A program made the position numbers and the translations under genes. The notes below the pieces were generated by a model, which ran no database searches, was not told the DNA's origin, and saw only the letters and a program-made list of their open reading frames with translations. A stretch of 64,000 bases of DNA from Phoronis australis (lineage: Eukaryota > Animalia > Phoronida): NCBI GenBank assembly GCA_002633005.1, contig NMRA01000921.1, positions 1 to 64,000 on the forward strand, written 5' to 3'. Shown in pieces: positions 11,646 through 23,843 of this stretch (positions are counted from its first letter, which is position 1; each line of letters opens with the position of its first letter).

Positions 11646-14302
11646 GCTTGAATTTTCAGCAGGGATAGATTCGTCATGAATGCTATCACAAATGCCTTTT
11701 TGTGGAAAGTGAAATGGCATTCATATTTTAGGTTTGTGAATATTGAGTGACATAATGTACTTGATGAAAGCCAGAGACACTTCAGAGGTTACGAGGCAAC
11801 AAGTTGAGTTGAAAACACCGGAACAAATATGGCGTACACAGCATCTCAAGGTTGGGTCGAACAAACATGGATGAAAACACTAGCGATCATCCCATATGAA
11901 CCCTATGGAACACCTCCGATTGCTGTAATGCAGATTAGTCTGGAGTAGAATGTGTTTAGAACGTCCACTAGTATGGTAATAACTGGATATAACCTCNNNN
12001 NNNNNNNNNNNNNNNNNNNNNNNNNNNNNNNNNNNNNNNNNNNNNNNNNNNNNNNNNNNNNNNNNNNNNNNNNNNNNNNNNNNNNNNNNNNNNNNNNNNN
12101 NNNNNNNNNNNNNNNNNNNNNNNNNNNNNNNNNNNNNNNNNNNNNNNNNNNNNNNNNNNNNNNNNNNNNNNNNNNAGTGTATTGTTAAAATAGGTATTTC
12201 GGGTCTTCAGTTGTCTCACTGGTTCAGCTATATAATTTCTAGCTGCTGTTCACGTTACCACAGAAAGCTTGCCATTGCTATAAACTGTGTGTCAGTTTGA
12301 GCCATATCCCTCAAATTGTTTATTCAATGCAACTCTTGGAAAGTAGTCCCATCCAGTCAGTTGTGGTTTTCAGTATGGGTCTGATGTGTCTGTCAGCAAT
12401 TAGCCTGGTGTTTATTGTAGTTAGATATTGTTTATGATAAGGGCTTGAAAATTCTGAGACCAGGCGAACTTTTGTCATGCCACAGATTCCTGTAAGTTTG
12501 GTTTCAGCATTTTGAGCTTAGTGCGTGGAGCACGTTTCACTGAGAAATAGTTCAGCTGGAGTTTTGTCAGTGACAGAATGTGGCGTGTTGCGATATGAGA
12601 ACAACAAGTTTGATAAGCGGTGCGACAATGGCAAGCGTGCATCAGATTTGTCTAACATGTCTTTGAAAATCTGCACATAACGTTTCGCCTGTCCATTAGC
12701 ACGATGATAAATGGGACTGAACGTGTGCTTGACACCATTCAAGCGTAGAAATGTCTCAAATTCTGCAGATCGAAACTGGACCATTATCTGACACATAAGC
12801 TCATGGGGCAAGCCGTAAGACGCGAACAGTTAACGAAATTTCACAATGGTGTGAGTTGAAGTCGTTCCCAACATGGGAAACACCTCCAACCACTTCGAGT
12901 GGCTATCCACAACAATCAGATAATCCTTGCACCCTTTTCAGCATAATCAATGTGTACTCGTTGCCAGGGCCTGGTTGCCCATGGCCACGGAATCTGGGCG
13001 AAGGTTTTGGCATGTTACGAAATCGAGCACAATAACCACACAAACGCACTAAATCCTCAGTAACAAAGTGAATCGAGTAAGTCTCCACTTTAGACGCAGT
13101 TTCTGACTGATCCACGGGAAGACGACTCAATGCATCAGCATTTGCATTCAGATGTGATCGCTTGTGCTCAAAATTGTAACCGGATAACACCAATGCCCAG
13201 CGCTGTAAACGAGTAGCTCCGATCGTTGGAATTCCTGCCTTAGGCCCAAAAATGCGAGTAAGCGACTCGTGGTACAGTCACAAGAGTGAACATACTGTAC
13301 GACCAAATAAATATAAGTGAAAATGCTTCACACCAAAAATCAGAGCAAGTCCCTCTTTAATCTGCACTTGTGCATAGTTCTTTTCTGCAGAACTAAGTGT
13401 CCGTGAAGCGAATGCAATCGGTTTATCCAAACCATCAGGCATCTTGTGGCTTAAAACCGCTCCCACGCCATAGGAACTAGCATCACAGCTTAATTAGGAC
13501 AAGCGGTCTTCTAGGATCGTAGTGCACTAACTCATGATCACTTAACAGCTGGCGCTTACATTCAACGAACGACTTCTCGCAGGCATCACGCCAATGCCAT
13601 ATTCGACATCCCATGCAGCAGTGCATACAAAGGGTGTAACAGAGTAGACAAATTACGAATGAACTTGCCATAATAGTTCACCATTCCGAGAAGCGATTTT
13701 AGTTAATCCACAATTTTAGGTGGAGGAACCTGTGAGATAGCCGCTACTTTGTCGGCTAAGGGTCACACGCTATCCACCGACAAGGAGTGTCCGAGAAACT
13801 GGATCTCCGACATAGCAAATTTACACTTTGATCTGTTCAGCTTTATGTTATATTTGCTGAAACGTGCAAACACGAGTTCGAGAGTGCGAAGATGTTGCTC
13901 TAGGGAATGGCCTATCACCAAAATGTCATCGATGAAACATATAACGTTATCAATACCGGACAAAATTTTATCCATTGTAGCCTGGAAAATGGATGGTGCC
14001 ATTTTACTCCAACTGTTAGACGGCGTGGTCGCAACAAATACTTGTGAGTGTTCAAGGTGAGTAAGTCCAAAGAATGGTCATCTAATCGCAACTGATTAAA
14101 TGCACCCACCAAATCAAGCGAAGAGAACACACATGGCGTATTATCACCACGTGCCAGCTTGGCAAACAAGTCTTGAGTATTAGGTAACAGATATTTGTCA
14201 TCCTCTGAGTGTTCAATAATTTGTAGTTGCCACAGACGCAAATAGTGGGACCAAAGAACTTCACTTTCCTGACGTTCACAGTGGGCGACGCCCAGTTACT
14301 AT

Positions 14303-16249
14303 CCCGGGTGAGAATTTTACACGTTTGACACGCTTTTGAGCGTGTCAAACGTGTCAGACGTGTAAAAAAACGTGTAATACGTGTCAAAATTGCCACGTCA
14401 ACGTGTAAAACGTGTAAAAACATGACACGCTAGCGTGTCAAACGTGTAAAATTTGCCACGTTAGCGTGTCAAACGTGTAAAATTTGCCACGTTAGCGTGT
14501 CAAACGTTTAAAATTTGCCACGTTAACGTGTCAAACATGTAAAATTTGCCACGTTAGCGTGTCAAACGTGTAAAATTTGCCACGTTAGCGTGTCAAACGT
14601 GTAAAATTTGACACGCTAGCGTGTCAAACGTGTAAAATTTGCCACGTTAACGTGTCAAACGTGTAAAATGTGACACGCTACGGTGCCAAACGTGTAAAAT
14701 GTGACACGCTACGGTGTCAAACGTGTAAAATTTTGACACGCTAGCGTGTCGAACGTGTAAAATATGATAGAACTCTTCAATAAAGATACAATTTAAATAG
14801 GCTTGGCAGTTCTGAAAAGGCCACTGGGAGGTAATCACCCAATTTGAATGATTAAACATGTTCCCTCAATAACATCAAAGAGTTTGCAACAAAAGTTTTC
14901 ACTGCCTATTGAAATATCCAAACATTGAGTTAGAGTTGGTTTAGCTGTCAGAGAGTGCAGTCCTCTCAGGAGAGCACTTATGAAGTATGGTTTTCGAGTG
15001 TGGTGCAGCTCTAACAGAAGTTTAGTATGTATATACTCTGGTTGACAGTGGCTTGATAAACTTTTCTTGCAAATGGTCCTTCTTTTTACAGGTAAGTTTG
15101 ATTGTAACAGAAAACAAGAGTCAGTAGAAACTGTTGACTACGCAGTTAATATATGAAGTTGGAACGCCTCTCATCTTCAGTAGTATATCAATTCATAATA
15201 TTGTTGTTATTGGATCAACTCACATTTTGTGTCAGCTTGAATGAGGATAAGACATTGTGTTTAGAGGTTTGGGCTGCAAAATCAACATGAACTCAATGTT
15301 ATGACAAATGTTGAATCACTCTTGGTAATTCAAAGATGTTACAAAGTGCGTCTGTTCTTTACTTCATAAACTGTTTTCAAGCAACTGGCCTGACTCAAAA
15401 GCTTAGACTTATATGCATATATATAGCAGCTTAAGCACTTCAAATTTGTATGTTGAACCATTTTCTTATTTCTGTGTTAATGTTATTCTAGATGAAATGA
15501 AATTTAGTGACAACAGTATGTGGTAAGAGTTGGATAGTTACATTATCCTTTTAATGATTCTATATCATTATCACATTTTGGATTATTTACATCAACAGTA
15601 ACAATAAACTGTGACTTAAAGAAGAAATCCCTTTATACATTTGCTTTCAGTATGGATTCCCATGGTGGATGGTGAGCTGCTATAAACAAGAACATTATGG
15701 CTTGTACACGGCCTCAGGCTAAATGTAGGGTCGCTACCATGGCAATGACACAGATTACAGGCTAGCGTGTCAAAAGCGCCACGTTTGACACGCTAGGGTG
15801 TCAAAAGTGCCACGTTTTTGCCACGTTTTGGCAAGCTACATTCGACACGCTATCGCCACGTTTGACACGCTAGCGTGTCAAAAGTGCCACGTTTTTGCCA
15901 CGTTTTGGCACGCCACGTTCGACACGCTATCGCCACGTTTTACACGCTTATCGCCACGTTCGACACGCTAGCGTGTCAAAAGTGCCACGTTTTTGCCACG
16001 TTTTGGCACGCCACGTTCGACACGCTATCGCCACGTTTTACACGCTTATCGCCACGTTTGACACGCTAAGCGTGTCAAACGTGGAGTATTGGAACGAAAA
16101 TTACACGTTTTTGACACGTTCTTGACACGTTTGACACGCTACATTTTACACGTTTGACACGCCACGTTTTACACGTTCGACACGTTTTTAGAGCGTTCCA
16201 ATACTCCACGTTTTTAGAGCGTGTCAAACGTGTCAAATTCTCACCCGGG
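14303..16249. mobile_element. Non-autonomous CACTA/EnSpm-like element (CCCGGG termini, 2-bp TSD AT), copy 1
   Basis: TIR CCCGGGTGAGAATTT; subterminal arrays of about 31-bp GTGTCAAACGTGTAAAATTTGCCACGTTAGC units; AT duplicated at 14301-2 and 16250-1; removal restores the Gypsy RT frame VEHSNWASP. Confidence 0.85.
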
Positions 16250-17235
16250 ATGTTCCACACGCTCCACAACACCACTTTGTTCCATGCGACTGAGCTCGGC
16301 CTCCACCAACTCCTGAATTAAATATGGAACGGGACGAGCTTTTTGAAATGTGGCTTTTGCATTAGGTTTAAGGTTGATAAACGCAATGAAGTCTCGGATT
16401 CCCTCACCATTATCAATAAACAGGTTTTTGTACTTTGCGATAAGAAGATCAATATTTTGCGGTTCACAAGTCATAACTTGAAGAGGGAATTCCAGTTAAC
16501 TCGATCCCAATTCTGATCGTTTCCAATTCCTACCAAAAAGCGAAGGGCGGTTTACCTTAACCACAACGAGAGGTGAATTTTCTCGAGGGCTGCTTTTTAA
16601 ATGTGACTGGCACCTCAATAACACCAAGCAAGGGCACGGGTGCTTGGTCATACCCGAAAAGAGTAACATTTGGAGGCTCCAGATGAAACTGCGAAAAACT
16701 CGCCTTGTAAAGGTCTTCACCAATGGTGGTACGTGCAGCACCAGAGTCTATATTTCCATAGAAATGACATGGCCAGCAACATTTACAGCTACATAAACTG
16801 GAGGCTCTTCACCAGCCCCACAGTAATACAAATGCAAATTATCAGGCCCACCAAGCCTCACGTTATTGAGAGTTCCCGAATCAGTTAAATATGCTGTGAC
16901 TTACACATAGGTTTAATATGTCCAACTTCCCCACATTTATAACATGTGGCACCTTTATGTCGACAAGTATGTTTGTTCTGTTTACCTCCACAGCGAAAAC
17001 AAGAACCACTATAGGCTTACTAACGCCAGATGGGGTAGTAGTCACTTTCTAGTGGCTGGGACCACGGCCGTCGGACTTAGCAGATGCTGGGCCACTCACC
17101 GCGGCAGAAAGCCCCCGCTTGAAACTTGTGTGCATCTTTAACAGAACACTCCGCCACACGAGCCATTTGCACAGCTTGATCCAGAGTCAGTTTGTCAACT
17201 TTTAACAGTTTAGTTAATGTCCCTTCATCCCGAGG

Positions 17236-18853
17236 CCCATACCAAAAGACAATGTTTGCCGCAAGCTTGCAGCAAACATGCCGCAAGCTTGCGGCAAACA
17301 ATTTTGTTTGCAGCAAACCAGCCGCAAAGTTTGCAGGAGTTTGCCGCTACCCGCAACTCAGTCGCACACATTGCCACAACCTTGCTGCAAACACTGAAGT
17401 TTGCAGGAATGTTGCGGCAAACTTGGTGATTGAAAAAGTATTTGCGGGAAAGTTGCAGGAAACTTTATTGTTGAAAAGTGGTTTGCGGGAAAGTTGCGGG
17501 AAACTTTATTGGTGAAAAAATGTTTGCGGGAAAGTTGCAGGAAACTTTGTTGATGAAAAAGTGTTTGCGGGAAAGTTGCAGGAAACTTTATTGGTGAAAA
17601 AGTGTTTGCGAGAAAGTTGCAGGAAACTTTATTGGTGAAAAAGTGTTTGCGGGAAAGTTGCAGGAAACTTTATNNNNNNNNNNNNNNNNNNNNNNNNNNN
17701 NNNNNNNNNNNNNNNNNNNNNNNNNNNNNNNNNNNNNNNNNNNNNNNNNNNNNNNNNNNNNNNNNNNNNNNNNNNNNNNNNNNNNNNNNNNNNNNNNNNN
17801 NNNNNNNNNNNNNNNNNNNNNNNNNNNNNNNNNNNNNNNNNNNNNNNNNNNNNNNNNNNNNNNNNNNNNNNNNNNNNNNNNNNNNNNNNNNNNNNNNNNN
17901 NNNNNNNNNNNNNNNNNNNNNNNNNNNNNNNNNNNNNNNNNNNNNNNNNNNNNNNNNNNNNNNNNNNNNNNNNNNNNNNNNNNNNNNNNNNNNNNNNNNN
18001 NNNNNNNNNNNNNNNNNNNNNNNNNNNNNNNNNNNNNNNNNNNNNNNNNNNNNNNNNNNNNNNNNNNNNNNNNNNNNNNNNNNNNNNNNNNNNNNNNNNN
18101 NNNNNNNNNNNNNNNNNNNNNNNNNNNNNNNNNNNNNNNNNNNNNNNNNNNNNNNNNNNNNNNNNNNNNNNNNNNNNNNNNNNNNNNNNNNNNNNNNNNN
18201 NNNNNNNNNNNNNNNNNNNNNNNNNNNNNNNNNNNNNNNNNNNNNNNNNNNNNNNNNNNNNNNNNNNNNNNNNNNNNNNNNNNNNNNNNNNNNNNNNNNN
18301 NNNNNNNNNNNNNNNNNNNNNNNNNNNNNNNNNNNNNNNNNNNNNNNNNNNNNNNNNNNNNNNNNNNNNNNNNNNNNNNNNNNNNNNNNNNNNNNNNNNN
18401 NNNNNNNNNNNNNNNNNNNNNNNNNNNNNNNNNNNNNNNNNNNNNNNNNNNNNNNNNNNNNNNNNNNNNNNNNNNNNNNNNNNNNNNNNNNNNNNNNNNN
18501 NNNNNNNNNNNNNNNNNNNNNNNNNNNNNNNNNNNNNNTTGAATTCATGAAGTGGGAGACGATAGGATAGACGAAACAGAATCGACTAAACAACATTGAA
18601 TTCAGTAAACAGGATAGAATATACAAAACAGCATTGAGTTCACGATATAGAATCGACGAATGTGGATTGGATTGATGTAATAGCATTGAATACACAAGAT
18701 AGGATTGAATTGTCATACAGTTGGCATTGAGTTCATTAAATGGAATTGAATATACATTTTAATGTTTTTTGCATAAACGGCCGCCCATACTTGCCGCAAC
18801 CTTGCGGCAAGCTTGCGGCAAGTGTTTGCAGGAAGGCTTCTTTTTCGTATGGG
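17236..18853. mobile_element. Non-autonomous CACTA/EnSpm-like element (CCCATAC termini, probable 2-bp TSD GG), spans an assembly gap
   Basis: CCCATACCAAAA ... TTTTTCGTATGGG; subterminal TTGCCGCAA motifs and 41-bp tandem units at 17420-17673; removal with one GG restores the gag frame FGPRDE. Confidence 0.75.
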
Positions 18854-19270
18854 GGGCCAAACACTAACTGGTCACAAAGTGCCATGTTGAGATGATCCCC
18901 ATAGCCACAAAGCAATGACAACCGCCGCAGATCGGTAATGAACTCTGTGACACTCTCATGCTCCTTCTGAACCCGCCTGGTAAAACAAAAACGTTCTGAG
19001 ATTTCCAAAGGCTTAGGTTCGTAATGCTCCTCTAACAACTTCACGATGTGCGAGTATGCTTTGTCCTTGGAAAGATCGGGCTTCGTCAGACTGCGTAAAA
19101 TACCATAGGCCTCCTGCCCAATGACTGTAAGGATGGCAGACACCCGTTTATCACCTGCAATGTCATTCAACTGAAAATACTGCTCGGCTCTCACCACATA
19201 AGTACTCCAGAGTTCAGCCGAAGCATCAAATATTGCAGGTTCCCCAGATGTGCCATCCTCGTCGCCAATT

Positions 19271-19420
19271 TGTAGTGTAATACTGATAATTGCTAAGAAA
19301 AGAGTATATTTCTACTTAACTCAAAACACGTGATCCCGGAAGCTCCGCTAAAAGAGACTTCTCGTGGTGATCTCACAAACTAGTGAGCAGGGTATACCAC
19401 ACTCACCACACCACTCAACA
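19271..19420 (-). repeat. Putative 5' LTR of the Gypsy element
   Basis: TGTTGAG...ACTACA on minus, directly followed by the PBS; no second LTR available to confirm the outer boundary. Confidence 0.55.
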
Positions 19421-19991
19421 ATTTACCTGAAGTCCTCCTTAAGTTTTCAAAATAGCGTCTGTAAGATTTTTAAGTTCCTGTGCAGTCGGGATTAACTGCA
19501 TATTAAGTCCAAATCTGCGCTAGATCGTACTCCGCAACATGAGAAAAATCCCTGTACGAACACACATCTTGTTGTCACGTGATGTTTGTTTTTTGAAGTT
19601 CGTCTGCGTATTGTGTGAGAGAGCGAGCATGTGCGTGTCATCAGAGTTCAGTCATTTGCCATAGTAAACGCGATATAACGATCTAGGTGTGTATTGTGGC
19701 AAGCAGTGAAGCAGAACGTGTTTTATTTAGCACTTGCTGATCTCACCTGCTAAAAAATGTTTGAGAATTCTCGGTAAGGCCGATGCATGTCATTGAGTCA
19801 CCGGGTGACTGGATTCGTGACAGTGTAACAGTTATTTTTCAGGATATTCCCCTTAAAGTAACGCAAAGGTTTTTGCAGTATTAGCAACTTTCAGAATTAA
19901 GTGGCAGTATTTATTTCTTGCCCTTGCTATGCTACCCGTTTCATGAATAGATAGTTCCCGAAGACTAATCCTCGTTGACACATTCTTAACA

Positions 19992-20578
19992 CAGTGCTCT
20001 CCACGACTGGTTCTGACTCAACATGGCAACGATTTTAAGGTCGGGTTTGGAGAATCAAAAATGAGGTCGGGGTGAATTGGCCAACATCAGCTTTAGTTCC
20101 TAATACATATATGACATAATTTTGTAACGATAGAGAGTAAATTATTGCTAAAAAATCTGAAGAAATCCTATTTCTAACATAATTTTATGGTGTCAGCTAC
20201 ATTATTTTAATAATTGACTAGCCAGCAATATTATTTTAACTTTAAAATTTTGCACATAAACCAATAAATTAACAATTTGATATGCTTAATTTAAAGGATT
20301 TTGATTTTGAGTGACATCTGGTGGCGAATTAGACCTTATTCAACTGGACAACAGGTGTCACTAAAAACTAGGTCACACCGTTAGTAATATTTAATAAGTA
20401 GAATTGGACTTATGGTGAAAACTTGGTAGGAAAATCAAAAAGTAGGCCACACCAGTTCAGTGTACACTTTTAAAACGTATAATTATAATATACACAGTGA
20501 CCATGTTGTTGGGCCGGGGGAAAGAACACTGTTTAGGCCTACTACTCACAAAAAAAATTTTTGTTGTGGAGAACACTG
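19992..20578. mobile_element. hAT-like MITE remnant
   Basis: CAGTGCTCTCCACGAC / GTTGTGGAGAACACTG inverted termini; no TSD recognisable. Confidence 0.45.
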
Positions 20579-21312
20579 ATAGTACGCGCCTTCCTAGCTA
20601 GGTGCTTTTAACTGAACAAAGGTCAAGTTTTTAGTAGTCTTCGATTCTTCCCTAGCAAGATCAGTAAAACTTGCATTCTTTTTGAAGGACGGAAGTTTGA
20701 AGTGTATAGCCGTGGCTAAATACCGACAGAGCGCCGAGGCTCGAGGTCGACAAATTATGCGCGCAATGATTTTTTCAGGACTGTCGGATCTTATTGACAG
20801 ATTGAAGACGTTACTGTAGAATTATAGAACAGTAGATAAGGTATTTTTCGCATGTACACGGTGTTCATGGACTGGGCGCTTATTTTAGCTGAAAATGCGT
20901 GGGGGGGGTGATTATAGGAGCATGGGCACTTACTAGGGCGAATACGGTATATTATAATGGTTCACACTGAACTTCTTTAAACATGGGATTAAACTACATC
21001 CATTAGTTTAGAGCAGTGTCCATTTTGTTAAAAACATCAATAATAGACAATTCTTCATTTATTTAGCACACAATGCAGCGACAAGTAAAACTTCATTATG
21101 TCAAATTTTGCATAAAAGATAACAAGAACATTTTAGTCAGTTGTCAATTCGCTCGTTCTGTGTAAAAGTCATACATAACATTTTGTTAGGGTTCCCCTAT
21201 TTGTAGTTACTTATAATGAGCGTTTAAAAATGAGAAACTATAATATTGGCAATTATTGTGGTTCAAAGCAATAGAAGATATATAATAGTTATGCCACAAA
21301 AATGTTACTTAC

Positions 21313-21681
21313 AGTCCACAACAAGCTGGCTTTTTGAAGATTTAACTTTGCCGCCAGTAGCGCCCACTGCCACAGTGTACTGGCCTTCATCATCGGGTGT
21401 AACTTGTGACAAAGTGATGGTGAAGTTAGTTTTTCCATGCGAGTAGTCTGTAGAGCCACGAGATTTAAAGTCACTATGAAATACTCCATCAACATTAATT
21501 GTAGAGGGTGGCATAAAGTAAGGGGCTTCAAACAAATAACTGCCATCCCATTTCTTCAACACAACTTTGGTAAAGGTTTCACCACTCCCCATTGCATAAC
21601 TTATCTTGAATTCAGCATTTCCACCATTGACACCAGTGACTGTAGGAGTTGAAGTCACACTAAGGGCTGAAACAACAACAC
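21313..21681 (-). CDS. Ig V-type domain exon lacking the canonical cysteines (probable N-terminal domain of IgSF gene B)
   Basis: TTTTCAG| acceptor, |GTAAGT donor, 369 nt, phase 1-1; VVVSA/LSVTSTPTVTGVNGGNAEFKISY...FKSRG...NFTITLSQVTPDDEGQYTVAV...SQLVVD. V-set D-x-G-x-Y motif present, no Cys. Signal-peptide exon not located. Confidence 0.8.
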
Positions 21682-23843
21682 CTGAAAAAGGAAAAAAGCA
21701 AAAACTTACACATTTAACTATACAAAGTATGACTTGCCAGTCCATTGACCCCTGGCTACTGTGTCTCAACTGCAGGACAACAAAAGATTTGACACAAAAC
21801 TGTCACTTTTGTTAGTTTTGTAAAAAGATTTAACTACTGTGTTGTTGTCGGCCATTACATGAGTTTTGGTTCAAAGCTGAGCACTTCTTTTTAGAGACAA
21901 TGATATCTAGAAATTGACTTTTCACATTGCAAAATTTTTAGACAGGCTGGTTTTTGTGATCGCCGCAAATTCAAATATAGTTTCTGAAACTAGAAAAATT
22001 AGCCACTCAGATGAAATGGGCACCATTAAGGTTATCTCCAACCTTATTTAGTGGCCTCTATTCTAACTCGTATATCAAAAAAACTAAGCTTTGTCAGCTN
22101 AGTTATATAACATGTTGCACTGTAAAGGTGGGTGACAATCTGCCACAGATGCAGCAGAAGGATGCATCCGCCCACCCTTTAGAGACAATGATATCTAGAA
22201 ATTGACTTTTCACATTGCAAAATTTTTAGACAGGCTGGTTTTTGTGATCGCCGCAAATTCAAATATAGTTTCTGAAACTAGAAAAATTAGCCACTCAGAT
22301 GAAATGGGCACTATTAAGGTTATCTCCAACCTTATTTAGTGGCCTCTATTCTAACTCGTATATCAAAAAAACTAAGCTTTGTCAGCTAGTAAAAGTACAT
22401 ATTTTCTGAAAGAAAAAAGATTAGGGAATATGAAAATACTTTTTGAATTAATGTACCATTATCCTTTTTACACAAAAAACCTATTGCCCAAGCCAAGAAA
22501 AAGCCGAATAAACTGGGACAAATGAAAATTTCACAGTCTCCGGTTAATTATTCGGTGAAAACTTGTTTTTGGTACACATATTCTATACAAGACTTAAATA
22601 TGTTCGCTATTTCAACATTCACTCGCAATGTCAACTGATTTTGCAGTGCGTAATTAACTTCATTATCATTAAAACGTATAGTTACCAGCAAACTCTTACT
22701 GTTGTTTGCGACCTTTTGGCCTACCTTTATGTAAATAGGTCACAGTCATGTCCTGAACACATCCACTAAAACAAGAAACTGTAGGAACACTGCATTTATC
22801 CAACTTCACTCTTATCAGGCTTCTATTGTGAGTCAGCATGTGTGAATAATTGGCTGATAAGCCACCTCTTGGAACTACTTTTGGCTGAATGGATGACCAG
22901 GCAATAAAATGATAATTAGCCAAGACCAGTTACTATAATGCAACAAAGAATAATGTCTTGCATCACCTAGCCTTGGTGGAAAATGGTATACTGTATTGGC
23001 TCAAACAAACGCTTAGAAAAATTCATTTCACGGGGAGGGGACGCTTATTGTAGTGAGCCTACGGCAGTTGAATCCCGGTTTCCCAAACGGGTAAAATCGG
23101 AAGCTAGGATTCACCAAATTTACGCTTTGTGACGTATTTGTAGCCTATGACAGCCTTTCTAAAAAATTGTGGTGCATTGCTATCAACTTCCATTGTTAAA
23201 TTACGATAATTTTTCAAAAAATTGGGCTCATCACAGGGCGAAAACTTGTCGACTGATGCGTCGCTGAATTGCGATCGTCAATAGGAAAACTTGTACTCTT
23301 GAATAAAAATATAGTTTCGACTCAACAAATTACCTGAAATCTTCCTGATGTTTTACAATTTTTAAAGTTCCTGTGGAGTCCAGATTAATTGCGATTAAGT
23401 CCAAATGTGCGCTACATCGTACTCCACAACACGAGAAAAATCTCTGGATGAACACACATGTTGTTGTCACGTGACGTTTGTTTTGAAGGTCGTCTGCGTA
23501 TGAGAGTGAGTGAGCGTGCGTGTGCGGGTCATCGACGATAGACTTTTTTGTTACAAAAGGCGGAGGATTATGCAAGTAAATGGCGTTTACTAGATTGTTT
23601 TTCACTTGAACGGCTGTAACGTGCAAGGTGAGTGCTGGTTAACTCACAGATTTTGTGTGCACAGGCCGACTGTCGTTAGTTCTGCCGTGGAGTATTAATA
23701 GTCCAAGGCTCGATCTACATGTTGGGGACGAAATGAACTACCCGGGCTGTGTGAAATTTCTGGGTCTAACGGAGACACTGACGCAGTGCAGGTCAGTCAG
23801 ATCGCTGTATCAAGACTATAGTCAAAATCCAAATTCGTTTTAT

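Larger units (their letters stand above)
12400..19420 (-). mobile_element. Decayed Ty3/Gypsy LTR retrotransposon (Mag-like), frameshifted and interrupted by two DNA elements
   Basis: LTR TG...CA about 19420-19271; PBS TGGCGACGAG at 19267-19258 followed by ATG 19256; gag (EQYFQLNDI...LTVIGQEAY); Gag knuckles CFRCG...CYKCGEVGHIKPMC near 16900-17000; protease IDSGA near 16740; RT FIDDILV; RNase [18 protein letters not shown]; integrase GQAKRYVQIFK. 3' LTR not seen. Confidence 0.88.

Noticed and set aside
14320-14760. ORFs and CRISPR-like periodicity in GTGTCAAACGTG arrays (also 15760-16240 and 17250-17670)
   Set aside because: Subterminal repeats of non-autonomous DNA transposons; the ORFs are repeat translations.
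17602-18716. Long ORFs of 299-348 aa (also 11952-12219 and 43774-44499)
   Set aside because: They consist of N-gap codons.
21890-22390. Exact 210-bp direct duplication around n22100
   Set aside because: Straddles a single-n contig join; most likely unmerged contig overlap.
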